Source: Alphaproteobacteria bacterium
GTDB lineage: Bacteria; Pseudomonadota; Alphaproteobacteria; Rs-D84; JAERRO01
Direction of reading: 5' to 3'
NCBI GenBank assembly: GCA_016735395.1
Contig: JAERRO010000017.1
Span: 1-58,450 of the forward strand
Length of the DNA: 58,450 bases
Shown: in pieces, positions 46,518 through 54,954 of the stretch
How positions within the stretch are numbered: the first letter of the stretch is position 1
How the letters are laid out: each line of letters begins with the position of its first letter
Made by a program: the position numbers and the translations under genes
The notes under the pieces: generated by a model
Databases searched by the model: none
What the model saw: only the letters and a program-made list of their open reading frames with translations
Told to the model about the DNA's origin: nothing

Positions 46518-47744
46518 TTAGTTATCTTTAGGTAAATCGTCTAGCAGTGATCCATCTTTATCTTTAGGTTTCTTCTTTGAAAAAGGCAAACCTTGACTCA
46601 ACATATCGATAAATCCGATCCCATTTTTAGGTTTATCATCTAGACTTATTTTTTTCTTCAAAAAATCCGAATCAGACAGAGGATCATCTTCATCATTGAA
46701 TATTATATTTTTTCTTTCATCTTCGTCTACCATCTGTGTAGTGACGGTAGAAAAACCCACAACATTTTCTTCGACTATCGTCGTTCCGGACAAAACAGAC
46801 TCTAGACTTCCGTTGTCAAAATTTTCAAAAGAATTTATAAACTCGTCTTGAAAAGCTACTAGAGTGATCTTCATTCCGTCGTCTATTGTGGACTTTTCGT
46901 CATAAGAGATTGCGATATTTATATTATCTTGATATTGAACTATTTCGTGTAGAGACTTCATAAAAGATTCTATCCTAGTATATTTTACGACTTTTTTATT
47001 ACCGGAGAAATGCACATAAATTTTAGATGCATCTTGAGCTGATTGCACATTTAACAAAGGTTGTCGAAGTGATTTATTTACGACATCCTCGACAGTAGAG
47101 CTATAGTCATCTACATTGACGGAGGTCAAAATTTCGTTATGATTAGAAAGTGCCTCTAAAAAATCTACCCTAGACACATTTATAGATTTAGAATCGGCTA
47201 AAAATGTTAAAACTGACTTTATTATAATTACTTTTACACCTTGAACTATATTCATTATGGTATCGATAATTACATCCTCATCTTCACTAGATTTTGCACA
47301 TTGATCCCTAGAGATAACGGAAATGCTACCTGCTTTTTTATATATTATATCTAGTGTATCTTGAGACTGTTGTTTTAATTTTGAAGAGATAAATTGGAAC
47401 GGACGAGATGCGATTACTATAGAAAGTTTACCGTGTTTATTTATTAGGTCTAAAAGTTTCACTATTATTTTATATTCACCGACACTACCTAAATCCAGAC
47501 AAACAAAAACAACAGATAATGGCTCTAAAAACTCTACTAGTTTATTTGTCGATTCAGACTTATTATCGTCGACACCTTTCTCTATACAGTCCTCATCGTC
47601 AGTTACAGAGACATTTTCGTCTATTACGAAAAAGGTTGTATTTATTTCACTATCTGAACTAAATTGTTCTATATCTCTTTGAATAATATCAAGTTGAGTT
47701 TTCCCAACGGCGATTATTCCGATATTAGATTCACTATTTACCAT
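46518..47744 (-). CDS. Divergent FtsZ/tubulin-fold homolog lacking the GTP-binding signature
   Basis: 408 aa. VVFVCLDLGSVGEYKIIVKLLDLINKHGKLSIVIASRPFQFISSKLKQQS aligns by eye with FtsZ [57 protein letters not shown]...IYVHFSGNKK...INIAISYDEKSTIDDGMKITLVAF aligns with ISSPLLE...VLVNITAG...VVIGTSLDPDMNDELRVTVVAT. A TGATATAAT extended -10 and AAGGAG RBS lie upstream. Confidence 0.55.
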   Translation of the reverse strand: MVNSESNIGIIAVGKTQLDIIQRDIEQFSSDSEINTTFFVIDENVSVTDDEDCIEKGVDDNKSESTNKLVEFLEPLSVVFVCLDLGSVGEYKIIVKLLDLINKHGKLSIVIASRPFQFISSKLKQQSQDTLDIIYKKAGSISVISRDQCAKSSEDEDVIIDTIMNIVQGVKVIIIKSVLTFLADSKSINVSRVDFLEALSNHNEILTSVNVDDYSSTVEDVVNKSLRQPLLNVQSAQDASKIYVHFSGNKKVVKYTRIESFMKSLHEIVQYQDNINIAISYDEKSTIDDGMKITLVAFQDEFINSFENFDNGSLESVLSGTTIVEENVVGFSTVTTQMVDEDERKNIIFNDEDDPLSDSDFLKKKISLDDKPKNGIGFIDMLSQGLPFSKKKPKDKDGSLLDDLPKDN

Positions 47745-47873
47745 ATATGTTCTCCTTCTTATTATATCATAAAAAAGCGAATAAATCTAGTATGAAAGGA
47801 GAAAGATTTCGAAGTTAAAAAGTAGTTTGACTTTACGGTAAAGAACGGCTAAACTTCTATGTATAAAATACAA

Positions 47874-47949
47874 GGCTAGATAGCTCAGTTGGTAGAGCAA
47901 AAGACTGAAAATCTTTGTGTCGGGGGTTCGATTCCCTCTCTAGCCACCA
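47874..47949 (+). tRNA. tRNA-Phe (anticodon GAA), CCA encoded
   Basis: GGCTAGA-TA-GCTC..GAGC-A-AAAGA-CTGAAAA-TCTTT-GTGTC-GGGGG-TTCGATT-CCCTC-TCTAGCC-A-CCA. Confidence 0.92.
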
Positions 47950-48816
47950 TTATTTAATAATAATTTGCCCGTTAAAGACCATTCTCTCTGGCATTGTAGA
48001 AATACTAGCATTATGTATATATAGGTTCCCGTTTAAAATAGATTGATCAGAGAAGGAAACTTTTCTTACATTACTGACTATGATGTGTCCTTCTACCTTT
48101 AATTTTTTTGGCAGTCTAAAATTGGAAGAGATATCTTTAATAAATAAGTTTCCCTTAACGATAGTATTAGGTTTTATCGTGACAAGATTATTGCCTGTAA
48201 TTTTCAGGTCTCCGTTATGGACTATGACTTGTTCCTCAACTGGGATTCTTCTAGAGTTCACGACATAAGTAGAAGTACCTCCACCGTGCGGTATAGCGAT
48301 AGTAGATACATTTGTATACTTTTTAATTTTTCTGTTCTCTAATTCTAGAATTTCATCTACAAATTTCTGTTTTTCTCTATTTTTAGTTAAATTCGCAACA
48401 GGATAAATAAACTTGTTATTAATTTCTCTTCTATATACTGCCTCAGTTTTAGAGATTACTTTATCTACATCGATTGAGCTACTGTCTAAATCGATACTTT
48501 TTGTATCTATCACAGGAGATTTCTGTTCATAAATTTTAGCAAATTCTATACTTTTATAGAGGGAATCTATTTTCTTTTTTGCTAGTATATTAGAGTATTT
48601 GAATCCTATCATAAACCACAGATATAGCAGTACTGACATCAGGACGACTATAGCGAATACAAATCTGGCTGTCGCGGAAGTTCTATTTTTAATAAAATTC
48701 CAGGGTGCCGTTATGGTTTTTTTCGGAGACCATTTTTTAAAAGACAACTTTTTAAAAGACAACTTTTTAAACTGAATTTTAGATTTTCGTTTAGTTATTT
48801 TTTTATTATCGTTCAT
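47950..48816 (-). CDS. Membrane-anchored protein with C-terminal beta-helix-like repeats (bactofilin-like?)
   Basis: 288 aa. Basic N-terminus with KKLSF repeats (15-bp tandem repeat at 48734..48772). TM FVFAIVVLMSVLLYLWFMIGF. C-terminal periodic NGDLKITGNN / KGNLFIKD / EGHIIVSN / NGNLYIHN / NGQIIIK. Its stop abuts the tRNA-Phe 3' end. Confidence 0.35.
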   Translation of the reverse strand: MNDNKKITKRKSKIQFKKLSFKKLSFKKWSPKKTITAPWNFIKNRTSATARFVFAIVVLMSVLLYLWFMIGFKYSNILAKKKIDSLYKSIEFAKIYEQKSPVIDTKSIDLDSSSIDVDKVISKTEAVYRREINNKFIYPVANLTKNREKQKFVDEILELENRKIKKYTNVSTIAIPHGGGTSTYVVNSRRIPVEEQVIVHNGDLKITGNNLVTIKPNTIVKGNLFIKDISSNFRLPKKLKVEGHIIVSNVRKVSFSDQSILNGNLYIHNASISTMPERMVFNGQIIIK

Positions 48817-48948
48817 ATTTTGTTCCTATTTTATATATTATGTTGATAGTAATATACACCAATTATTCTATTTGTCAACACCCCTATAAAAAATAAAATC
48901 TTGTTTTAACCTTAAAAAAATGTATACTTAATTTAAAAGGTGATATAA

Positions 48949-49437
48949 ATGTTTAATAAAAAATTTAATATTTTAGAATCAGGCAGATCTATGATTGAGA
49001 TGCTAGGAGTTTTAGCTATTAGCAGTATGATAATCTCTGGGGCCTTATTGACTTATAAACAGATAAAAAGCAAGCAGACTAGAATTTTAGTTTTGGACGA
49101 AATTCACACGATATCTGATCGAGTTAATATCTTATATGCTGGGAGATCTTTTGAAGGTTTATCAACCGATTACTTGATTAAAGCTGGTGTCGTCAGAACT
49201 GATAAAAATCAAATGCACGGTAAATTAGTGGTCGGTTCTAGTCAGTTAGGAGAAAGTTTCTATATAGAATATAACAATCTCGACTATAGCGATTGCATAT
49301 ACTTTTACAAACAGTATATAGAGAGATTAAAAAGCAAGGAGATAAATACCGTTGAACTATTGAAGTTCGACAAGGACCGTAATGTAGATAATATCTGCAA
49401 TAGCGGAGATGAAAACAGAATACGATTTTACTTTTAG
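48949..49437 (+). CDS. Prepilin-type (type IV pilin/pseudopilin-like) protein
   Basis: 162 aa. N-terminal SGRSMIEMLGVLAISSMIISGALL fits the G/(F,M)xxxE prepilin cleavage-methylation motif plus hydrophobic helix. TTGTTT-N16-TGTATACT promoter upstream. It overlaps the convergent TerL-C gene by 4 nt. Confidence 0.55.
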   Translation: MFNKKFNILESGRSMIEMLGVLAISSMIISGALLTYKQIKSKQTRILVLDEIHTISDRVNILYAGRSFEGLSTDYLIKAGVVRTDKNQMHGKLVVGSSQLGESFYIEYNNLDYSDCIYFYKQYIERLKSKEINTVELLKFDKDRNVDNICNSGDENRIRFYF

Positions 49438-50231
49438 TTAGAGAAAAGAACTCGTCCTTCGAACCTAGGTAAAACTCGTAGAGAGTGTTTCAGGGCCATA
49501 GTCAAAGCATCTAGACCGTCATCTTTTTGATCTTTTTTAGCTAAAGAGAAATCTACAAATTCTTGAATAAACGGAGTTCGCAAAACTCTAGAATGGAATA
49601 AAATAGATTTAGAGGTAATCAGAGGTTCTAGAGTTTCAAAGATTCTCATAACTTTAGATGTTTTAGAAAAATACGGTTCTATGTATAATTTGAATTTCAT
49701 ATCTTTGGCAACTTGTTTCATCAGGGTAGGTATTAAGGCTCCTATACCGTTAACTTCGACGAATATGTGATTAAGTTTCAGTTGTTTAATTTTGAGGATA
49801 ACGGTTCTAATTTGATTCCGAAAGTCTTCTTGAGAATAGAAGCTCGAAAAATCTAAATAGAACATCTCGTGTACAAAATAATGTTGTGTTTCATCATTAA
49901 CAAAAACGAAAGCTACGACACTGGCATCACTATTACTTTTGCCTAGAGAGGGATCCCAAAAGCACCCTCCCCTGTGAAGTTTTTCTTCATTTAATAAATA
50001 TAAAATCTCATTATTATGATGATGAACTATGATGTCGTCGTCATAGTGGACTATCTGTTCTTCTTTAAAAACGGTAGAATTTGTGTCATAAAATTCGAGC
50101 ATCATTTGAGACATAAAAGCAAATTCACCTACCTTCAGTCTTAACCTCTGTATGACTTCTTCAGGAAATTGTTCTGGCCAAATAGACTTACCTCTATTGA
50201 TGATAGGCATATGAAAAAAATCATCTGTCAT
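49434..50231 (-). CDS. Terminase large subunit, C-terminal nuclease half (separate ORF)
   Basis: 265 aa. RNase H-like nuclease motifs GCFWDPSLGKSNSDASVVAFVF, IFVEVNGIG and KDDGLDALTMAL. Confidence 0.65.
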   Translation of the reverse strand: MTDDFFHMPIINRGKSIWPEQFPEEVIQRLRLKVGEFAFMSQMMLEFYDTNSTVFKEEQIVHYDDDIIVHHHNNEILYLLNEEKLHRGGCFWDPSLGKSNSDASVVAFVFVNDETQHYFVHEMFYLDFSSFYSQEDFRNQIRTVILKIKQLKLNHIFVEVNGIGALIPTLMKQVAKDMKFKLYIEPYFSKTSKVMRIFETLEPLITSKSILFHSRVLRTPFIQEFVDFSLAKKDQKDDGLDALTMALKHSLRVLPRFEGRVLFSN

Positions 50232-50335
50232 GGTGTATCTTTAAAAAATAGGGGATTATATAAAAATATAAAGAGGTCTCCAGAGTTGAGGAGAGAGAAT
50301 ATAAAATAGATTCAACACCTAGAAACCTCAAAATA

Positions 50336-50364
50336 GTTATAAGACACAATATATAATTTGTCAA
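50336..50364 (-). promoter_or_regulatory. Promoter-like element inside the gap between the two TerL halves
   Basis: Minus strand: TTGACA (50359..50364), 17-nt spacer, TATAAC (50336..50341). Confidence 0.4.
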
Positions 50365-50405
50365 GTACTATTTTAATTATTTTGTCAACAAAGAAAACAG
50401 GTCGA

Positions 50406-51026
50406 CTATTTTTGTTCGGTATTATAAATAGAGTTTAAACAGTGCGGAGTCCCTATAAAAAGTAGCAGTCCTTGTCCTCCCAGAATAAATTCTAATTCGA
50501 CAAGTCTATCCATAAGTTTTTCTCTTTTGGACGGGTTAGATACAGTATTAGGGACTTCGACATCGTCGCACAGAACTATATCTGCTCTTATTCCGGTGAC
50601 ATTAGCAAATATCCCAGTAGCTACGACAGAAGGATCTTTCAATACACCTATCCGTTTAACAGAGAACTTATCGCCTCCCCACTCTTTTTTAGTCCCTTTC
50701 TCCGGCACTAGATATTCACACAGCGGATGATTAGTTATAATATTTTGAATATGTCTCAACAACCTTTTAGCGAGTCTAGATTCGGCAGATAGGATAAGTA
50801 TTCTAGTCTGCGGATTTCTAAATAATAGCCAGGCTCCGAGCATTCCGACGAGTGTAGATTTACCAGAATATCGAAAAGCGAGTAGTACTGCTCTAGACCG
50901 TTTAGCTAAAATTATCCACTGTAGATATGCCCCCATCTTTTGCATATGCAGAGGTATACTTTTATCATAACATTGAATAAAGAAATTGAAACTTGAGAAT
51001 GCTACAACGGTATTTCTATCGTTCAT
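50406..51026 (-). CDS. Terminase large subunit, N-terminal ATPase half (separate ORF)
   Basis: 206 aa. Walker A FRYSGKSTLVG, Walker B ADIVLCDDVE, coupling motif FIGTPH. Ends with TAG at the domain linker. Confidence 0.65.
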   Translation of the reverse strand: MNDRNTVVAFSSFNFFIQCYDKSIPLHMQKMGAYLQWIILAKRSRAVLLAFRYSGKSTLVGMLGAWLLFRNPQTRILILSAESRLAKRLLRHIQNIITNHPLCEYLVPEKGTKKEWGGDKFSVKRIGVLKDPSVVATGIFANVTGIRADIVLCDDVEVPNTVSNPSKREKLMDRLVELEFILGGQGLLLFIGTPHCLNSIYNTEQK

Positions 51027-51035
51027 GAGGCATAG

Positions 51036-51686
51036 TTATATGTCGGTGAGGCTTCCGTAGTCCGTAGTCTCTATCGCTTCCTCGTCGATATTACCCAGAT
51101 CATCGATTATATTTGGCAGAGCTTCCTTAACGATTTTCACGAGGTTATTAAAAAGTCCTATTACCATATGAACAGATTGACTACTTGTTAAATCGTCTAC
51201 ATCTTGTTGAATTTTCCGTATAGTCGTCTTAAAATCGCAGACGACTTTTTCAAAATCGTCGGTACTCCTTCTAGAAGGCTGGTTATTTTTAATCTCTAGA
51301 ACGGCATCTTCCCCGCTTTCAATAGGGTCTATGGTGTCTTCAAAATTATTTATTCTAAAGGTTCTATCGAGAACTTCCTTAATGTCATTAATAGCCATAA
51401 ACAGAAAGTCGAGATCTTTATTTAGATCGTCTGCAGAAATATTTTTATATTGTTGAAATGAAGTTTTTCTTTCTATTTCCAGAACTCTATCGACAGTAAT
51501 AATATCTCCCTTTTCCGGAGTCTTATTAAAAGACACTTCTCCACCTTCGGCAAAAATTTCTACTAAATAGTTTCCTTGACTAATTAGCAGATCATTGATA
51601 AATACTCTCACATCATTTGCAGAGTATACAGAAAATGGAAAAGAAAATATTTTCTGTCCATCGGTAATATATTTTATAAAAGCCAT
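51036..51686 (-). CDS. T7-type tail-fibre N-terminal (tail-attachment) domain protein, lacks distal fibre
   Basis: 216 aa. YITDGQKIFSFPFSVYSANDVRVFINDLLISQGNYLVEI...VSFNKTPEKGDIITVDRVLEIERKTSFQQ...LNKDLDFLFMAINDIKE parallels the T7 gp17 N-terminus (YQLDGSNRDFNIPFEYLARKFVVVTL...IELRRVTSTTDRLVDF...YDLNVAQIQTMHVAEE). Confidence 0.5.
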   Translation of the reverse strand: MAFIKYITDGQKIFSFPFSVYSANDVRVFINDLLISQGNYLVEIFAEGGEVSFNKTPEKGDIITVDRVLEIERKTSFQQYKNISADDLNKDLDFLFMAINDIKEVLDRTFRINNFEDTIDPIESGEDAVLEIKNNQPSRRSTDDFEKVVCDFKTTIRKIQQDVDDLTSSQSVHMVIGLFNNLVKIVKEALPNIIDDLGNIDEEAIETTDYGSLTDI

Positions 51687-51712
51687 AGCTTATCCTTTTT
51701 TGATTAAATTAT

Positions 51713-52174
51713 TTATTTTAAAATAGAAGTGATCGCTGACCTCCCTTTGTCGAACAAACTTCGTTTTTGAGGAGTCTTAAAGACCGATTTTTTTTGTCTA
51801 TAACGAATATCTTGTTTAGTATTTTCGTATTTGTTATCATCGTCTAGCACAGAAATTTTATCATCAGATTCATTTTTCCGTCTAGTCTGTAGAGCTTTAG
51901 CAGAAGAAGAAAACAGAGAAACTCCTCTAGCCCCTAAAGAGGCATTATCTTTTGCAATATTTTGTTTTATATTTTGATTTTCCTTTTTGACAGCGGTCTT
52001 ATGTTTTTTATTTCTATATTTAGTTTCTGCTTGTTTTAATTGTCGGTCAAAAACCATATGATCTACTTCCTCTTTCTTGCCTAGAAGAGGATCTAGAAAT
52101 TTCAGATCAGTTTTATTGACTATTTTACTTGTTACATTTTTAAAACTATTAAATGTTTTTTTTAAGAATCCCAT
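51713..52174 (-). CDS. Basic, low-complexity virion-cluster protein (unknown)
   Basis: 153 aa, Lys/Arg-rich, no motif recognised. Confidence 0.4.
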   Translation of the reverse strand: MGFLKKTFNSFKNVTSKIVNKTDLKFLDPLLGKKEEVDHMVFDRQLKQAETKYRNKKHKTAVKKENQNIKQNIAKDNASLGARGVSLFSSSAKALQTRRKNESDDKISVLDDDNKYENTKQDIRYRQKKSVFKTPQKRSLFDKGRSAITSILK

Positions 52175-52184
52175 AAAAGTCCTT

Positions 52185-54095
52185 TTAGTTAAATTGGAGA
52201 TTTGAGTGAAAGGAAATTCCTATCAGATGGAAGTTAACGGGGTCGTCTCCCTGTATTTTCCAAAGCGGTATTTCCATATTATGAGTCCATCCTATAGAAT
52301 TAATTTCTATAGTTCGGACAGCATTATTTTGAGTGATTGATTTATCTGTGTTGATTATATTGTTATCGACATAGACATTTTTATATCCATTACCTAGATC
52401 TATTGATATCCGGTTGGTATCTTTTACGACGGCATTAAACTTTATTATTCTACAATATTTCAGTCCCTTAAAAGGGCCATACCGATATGGCATTGGAGCT
52501 ACGGTATGTGTGTACGGTGTACCGACTATCCAGTTTAATTTTCGTGTATCTGTAGTATCGATAATTTTATTTACTTTATCGACTCTCAGAACGGTATTAT
52601 CTTGATATGCGATGACATCTTTTCCTATAAGATGTTTAGGAGTGATCAAAAAGTTATTATCATTTTTACATACGACGGAGTGATCGACAGATATATCTGC
52701 GGAAAACTTTTCGAAGAAAAATCTACCATCGACTTCACAGATTACATATACGGTTTGATTAACGACACACACAGACTTAAATTTGCCTACACATGTATGG
52801 AGAGACCATGCATATTTTCTAGAGTCTTTGAGGTAAGTTACTATTGCCAGCGATCCATCTTGCATTACGATATATATTTTTTGATCGAGATCATTATAGT
52901 CTAGATCTACTGGAGAGTTCATTAGGTGATTAGCTACCTTAGCGATATCTCTGGTGACATATTTCAGTCCTGTATCGTCTAGCATCATTTCTCTGATCTC
53001 TTTTCCATTTCTTCCTACGAAGAAAGTCGCACCTTCCATGTGTCTAGGTGGGATAAAAGAATTATTATATGTCCCGACATTAGTCTGTTTTATGATCTTA
53101 ACAGTATCCATCTTTATAGGACTACCGAATATTACCCATTCACCGATGGAGGTCAAGATCTCTAAATTCAGAGATGAAACCATACTATTTATTCTTAAAG
53201 GTGTTGACGACATAAGAGTTAAATCCATAGCATCGTCGTCGAGTCCTTCACCGAACTCGAAGTTAAATAACTCGAAAGTTTTAGACATAAAAATTCTGTA
53301 CGGCATATCTCTAGTCCCACCGATGACGAGTCTCCCTTGATGAACGATAGTATGGATAGGAAACCCTCTAGCGATTGAGCAAACTTTTTCTCTCCAGTTT
53401 GATGTCTTATCTATAACTTTATTTTCACCGGAGATAAAATTTACTTTCATCTGTTTAGGAGAGATATATTCGACGGTCTCTACTTCATAGATATCTTTAA
53501 CATCGTCGCCGACATTGAAGATAAAAACACCGTGTAGATTTTGTAATTCAAAAATAGATCTATCTGAGTTAATAAAATAAATTATTTTTCCTTCGTCATC
53601 GACATCGCTAGAAATAGAAAACTGGACATTCTCCCAGCCTCTAAATTTTATAACTGGAGAAAAGTCTTTCTTGACTATATTCCAAGATTCATCTTTAGAG
53701 TAAGAGATAAGATGAGGAGATATATCTTCATGTGTAAACAAAACAAATTTATCTATAAATGTCCAAGAGATATCCATAATTTGTTCGGGCGAATAGAAAG
53801 ACTTAAAAGTAGTAATAATTTTATCGTCGTTAAAAACATAGATAATTTTTTCGGTTAAAACTATTACTCCTGACCGTTTATCACTAAAAGGGAGTGCGAT
53901 AATTCTACCTACGGATCCTATCTCATGTAGGAGCATAGTGCCGTCTCTCCTTTTGATACCGCCAGAGTGATGTACTATCATATTTCGCAAGAGAAAAAGA
54001 GCATCGCTTTGGTTAGGTTCTTCGACAGAATTGATGAGTGTCTCTGCGACTTCACCTTGAGAAAAATTAAATTGTGTGTATAGTGAGTTAGTCAT
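52185..54095 (-). CDS. Tail tubular (nozzle) protein B, T7 gp12-like
   Basis: 636 aa. RIFMSKTFELFNFEFGEGLDDDAMDLTL...LEILTSIGEWVI...FFVGRNGKEIREM parallels T7 gp12 (IILSRTAKYFNFYPASIANLSDDDPIDVAV...LLIWSDEAQFVL...YFASPRSSFTSIHRY). Positioned right after the gp11-like gene. Confidence 0.5.
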   Translation of the reverse strand: MTNSLYTQFNFSQGEVAETLINSVEEPNQSDALFLLRNMIVHHSGGIKRRDGTMLLHEIGSVGRIIALPFSDKRSGVIVLTEKIIYVFNDDKIITTFKSFYSPEQIMDISWTFIDKFVLFTHEDISPHLISYSKDESWNIVKKDFSPVIKFRGWENVQFSISSDVDDEGKIIYFINSDRSIFELQNLHGVFIFNVGDDVKDIYEVETVEYISPKQMKVNFISGENKVIDKTSNWREKVCSIARGFPIHTIVHQGRLVIGGTRDMPYRIFMSKTFELFNFEFGEGLDDDAMDLTLMSSTPLRINSMVSSLNLEILTSIGEWVIFGSPIKMDTVKIIKQTNVGTYNNSFIPPRHMEGATFFVGRNGKEIREMMLDDTGLKYVTRDIAKVANHLMNSPVDLDYNDLDQKIYIVMQDGSLAIVTYLKDSRKYAWSLHTCVGKFKSVCVVNQTVYVICEVDGRFFFEKFSADISVDHSVVCKNDNNFLITPKHLIGKDVIAYQDNTVLRVDKVNKIIDTTDTRKLNWIVGTPYTHTVAPMPYRYGPFKGLKYCRIIKFNAVVKDTNRISIDLGNGYKNVYVDNNIINTDKSITQNNAVRTIEINSIGWTHNMEIPLWKIQGDDPVNFHLIGISFHSNLQFN

Positions 54096-54106
54096 AAGTT
54101 TCCCTA

Positions 54107-54676
54107 TTAGTTTTTATTTCTAGAGTGGAGAAGAGTATTGTCTTGAACAACAGTTAAACCATCTTGTTGAGAGTCTATTTGTCTACCGTGAGCAAAGCTT
54201 ATATCGAAAGCCTTCGAATGCAAATAGTGCAAACTAGAATCTTGAGTAAGAGGAATAGCGAAAGTCATAGCGAGTCTATCGATTAGTACTTGAGTAAAAT
54301 AGATAGGAAAATCTATTTCATCTACTGCAGTAATATACATAATATAAACTGTATTTGATGTCGTAAAAATCTTTCTACCGTTAATTTTATAGTCGATTAG
54401 TAAAGGAGAACTTTCTACTGAAGAAACTTGAATTAGTCTAATACAGTCCTTCGGCAGTTCAAAATAGTAATTACTATTGTCAGTTTTATCTAACATTTTT
54501 ACCAGTTGTAGAGACCGTTTAGTAAATCTCCAGGGGTAAATGGAGAAGACGAAATCACGAGTATTGTTGTATAAATTAGAGGCTATCTGTGATGCTACCG
54601 TAGAGTCATCAAAACTCTGAATAGGTTGACTCCCAAGCCTAATTAAAGCTTGAGAGCAGATATCGATATCGTTCAT
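54107..54676 (-). CDS. Tail tubular (adaptor) protein A, T7 gp11-like
   Basis: 189 aa (T7 gp11 is ~196 aa). ICSQALIRLGSQPIQSFDDST...NNTRDFVFSIYPWRF...FPIYFTQVLIDRLAMTFA parallels T7 gp11 (VNDILASIGEPPVSTLEGD...QIQSRGWTF...MPECFRYWIVTKASRQF). Confidence 0.55.
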   Translation of the reverse strand: MNDIDICSQALIRLGSQPIQSFDDSTVASQIASNLYNNTRDFVFSIYPWRFTKRSLQLVKMLDKTDNSNYYFELPKDCIRLIQVSSVESSPLLIDYKINGRKIFTTSNTVYIMYITAVDEIDFPIYFTQVLIDRLAMTFAIPLTQDSSLHYLHSKAFDISFAHGRQIDSQQDGLTVVQDNTLLHSRNKN

Positions 54677-54679
54677 CTT

Positions 54680-54925
54680 CTATACAAGAGAAGCTAGAAC
54701 GACTCCTTGATCGGAGACAGATTCTACGACTCTAAAAGCGAGTTGCGGAGTTCCCGCGGTATCTGTTGCTATTATGATTAGATCGTGTGGGTTAATCATA
54801 TTAGAAACTTCTCCGAAGTATTTTGGGTCGAAAATATCGACGATTGAGTCGACCGATTTATAGTGCCATAATGTAAATCCATTAGCATAAGATATCACGG
54901 CCAAGTTTTTTGAAATGAAAGACAT
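54680..54925 (-). CDS. Small virion-cluster protein (unknown)
   Basis: 81 aa, located between the capsid and adaptor genes. Confidence 0.4.
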   Translation of the reverse strand: MSFISKNLAVISYANGFTLWHYKSVDSIVDIFDPKYFGEVSNMINPHDLIIIATDTAGTPQLAFRVVESVSDQGVVLASLV

Positions 54926-54954
54926 AAAAAATCCTTTTTTGTTATTAAGTTAAG

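Noticed and set aside
48734-48772. Short tandem DNA repeats (15-bp units here; 9-bp periodicity near 26140..26175; 14-bp repeat at 58410..58444), considered as possible CRISPR or minisatellite arrays
   Set aside because: All are in-frame within ORFs, have only 2-3 units and no spacers. They encode low-complexity peptide repeats and are not CRISPR arrays.
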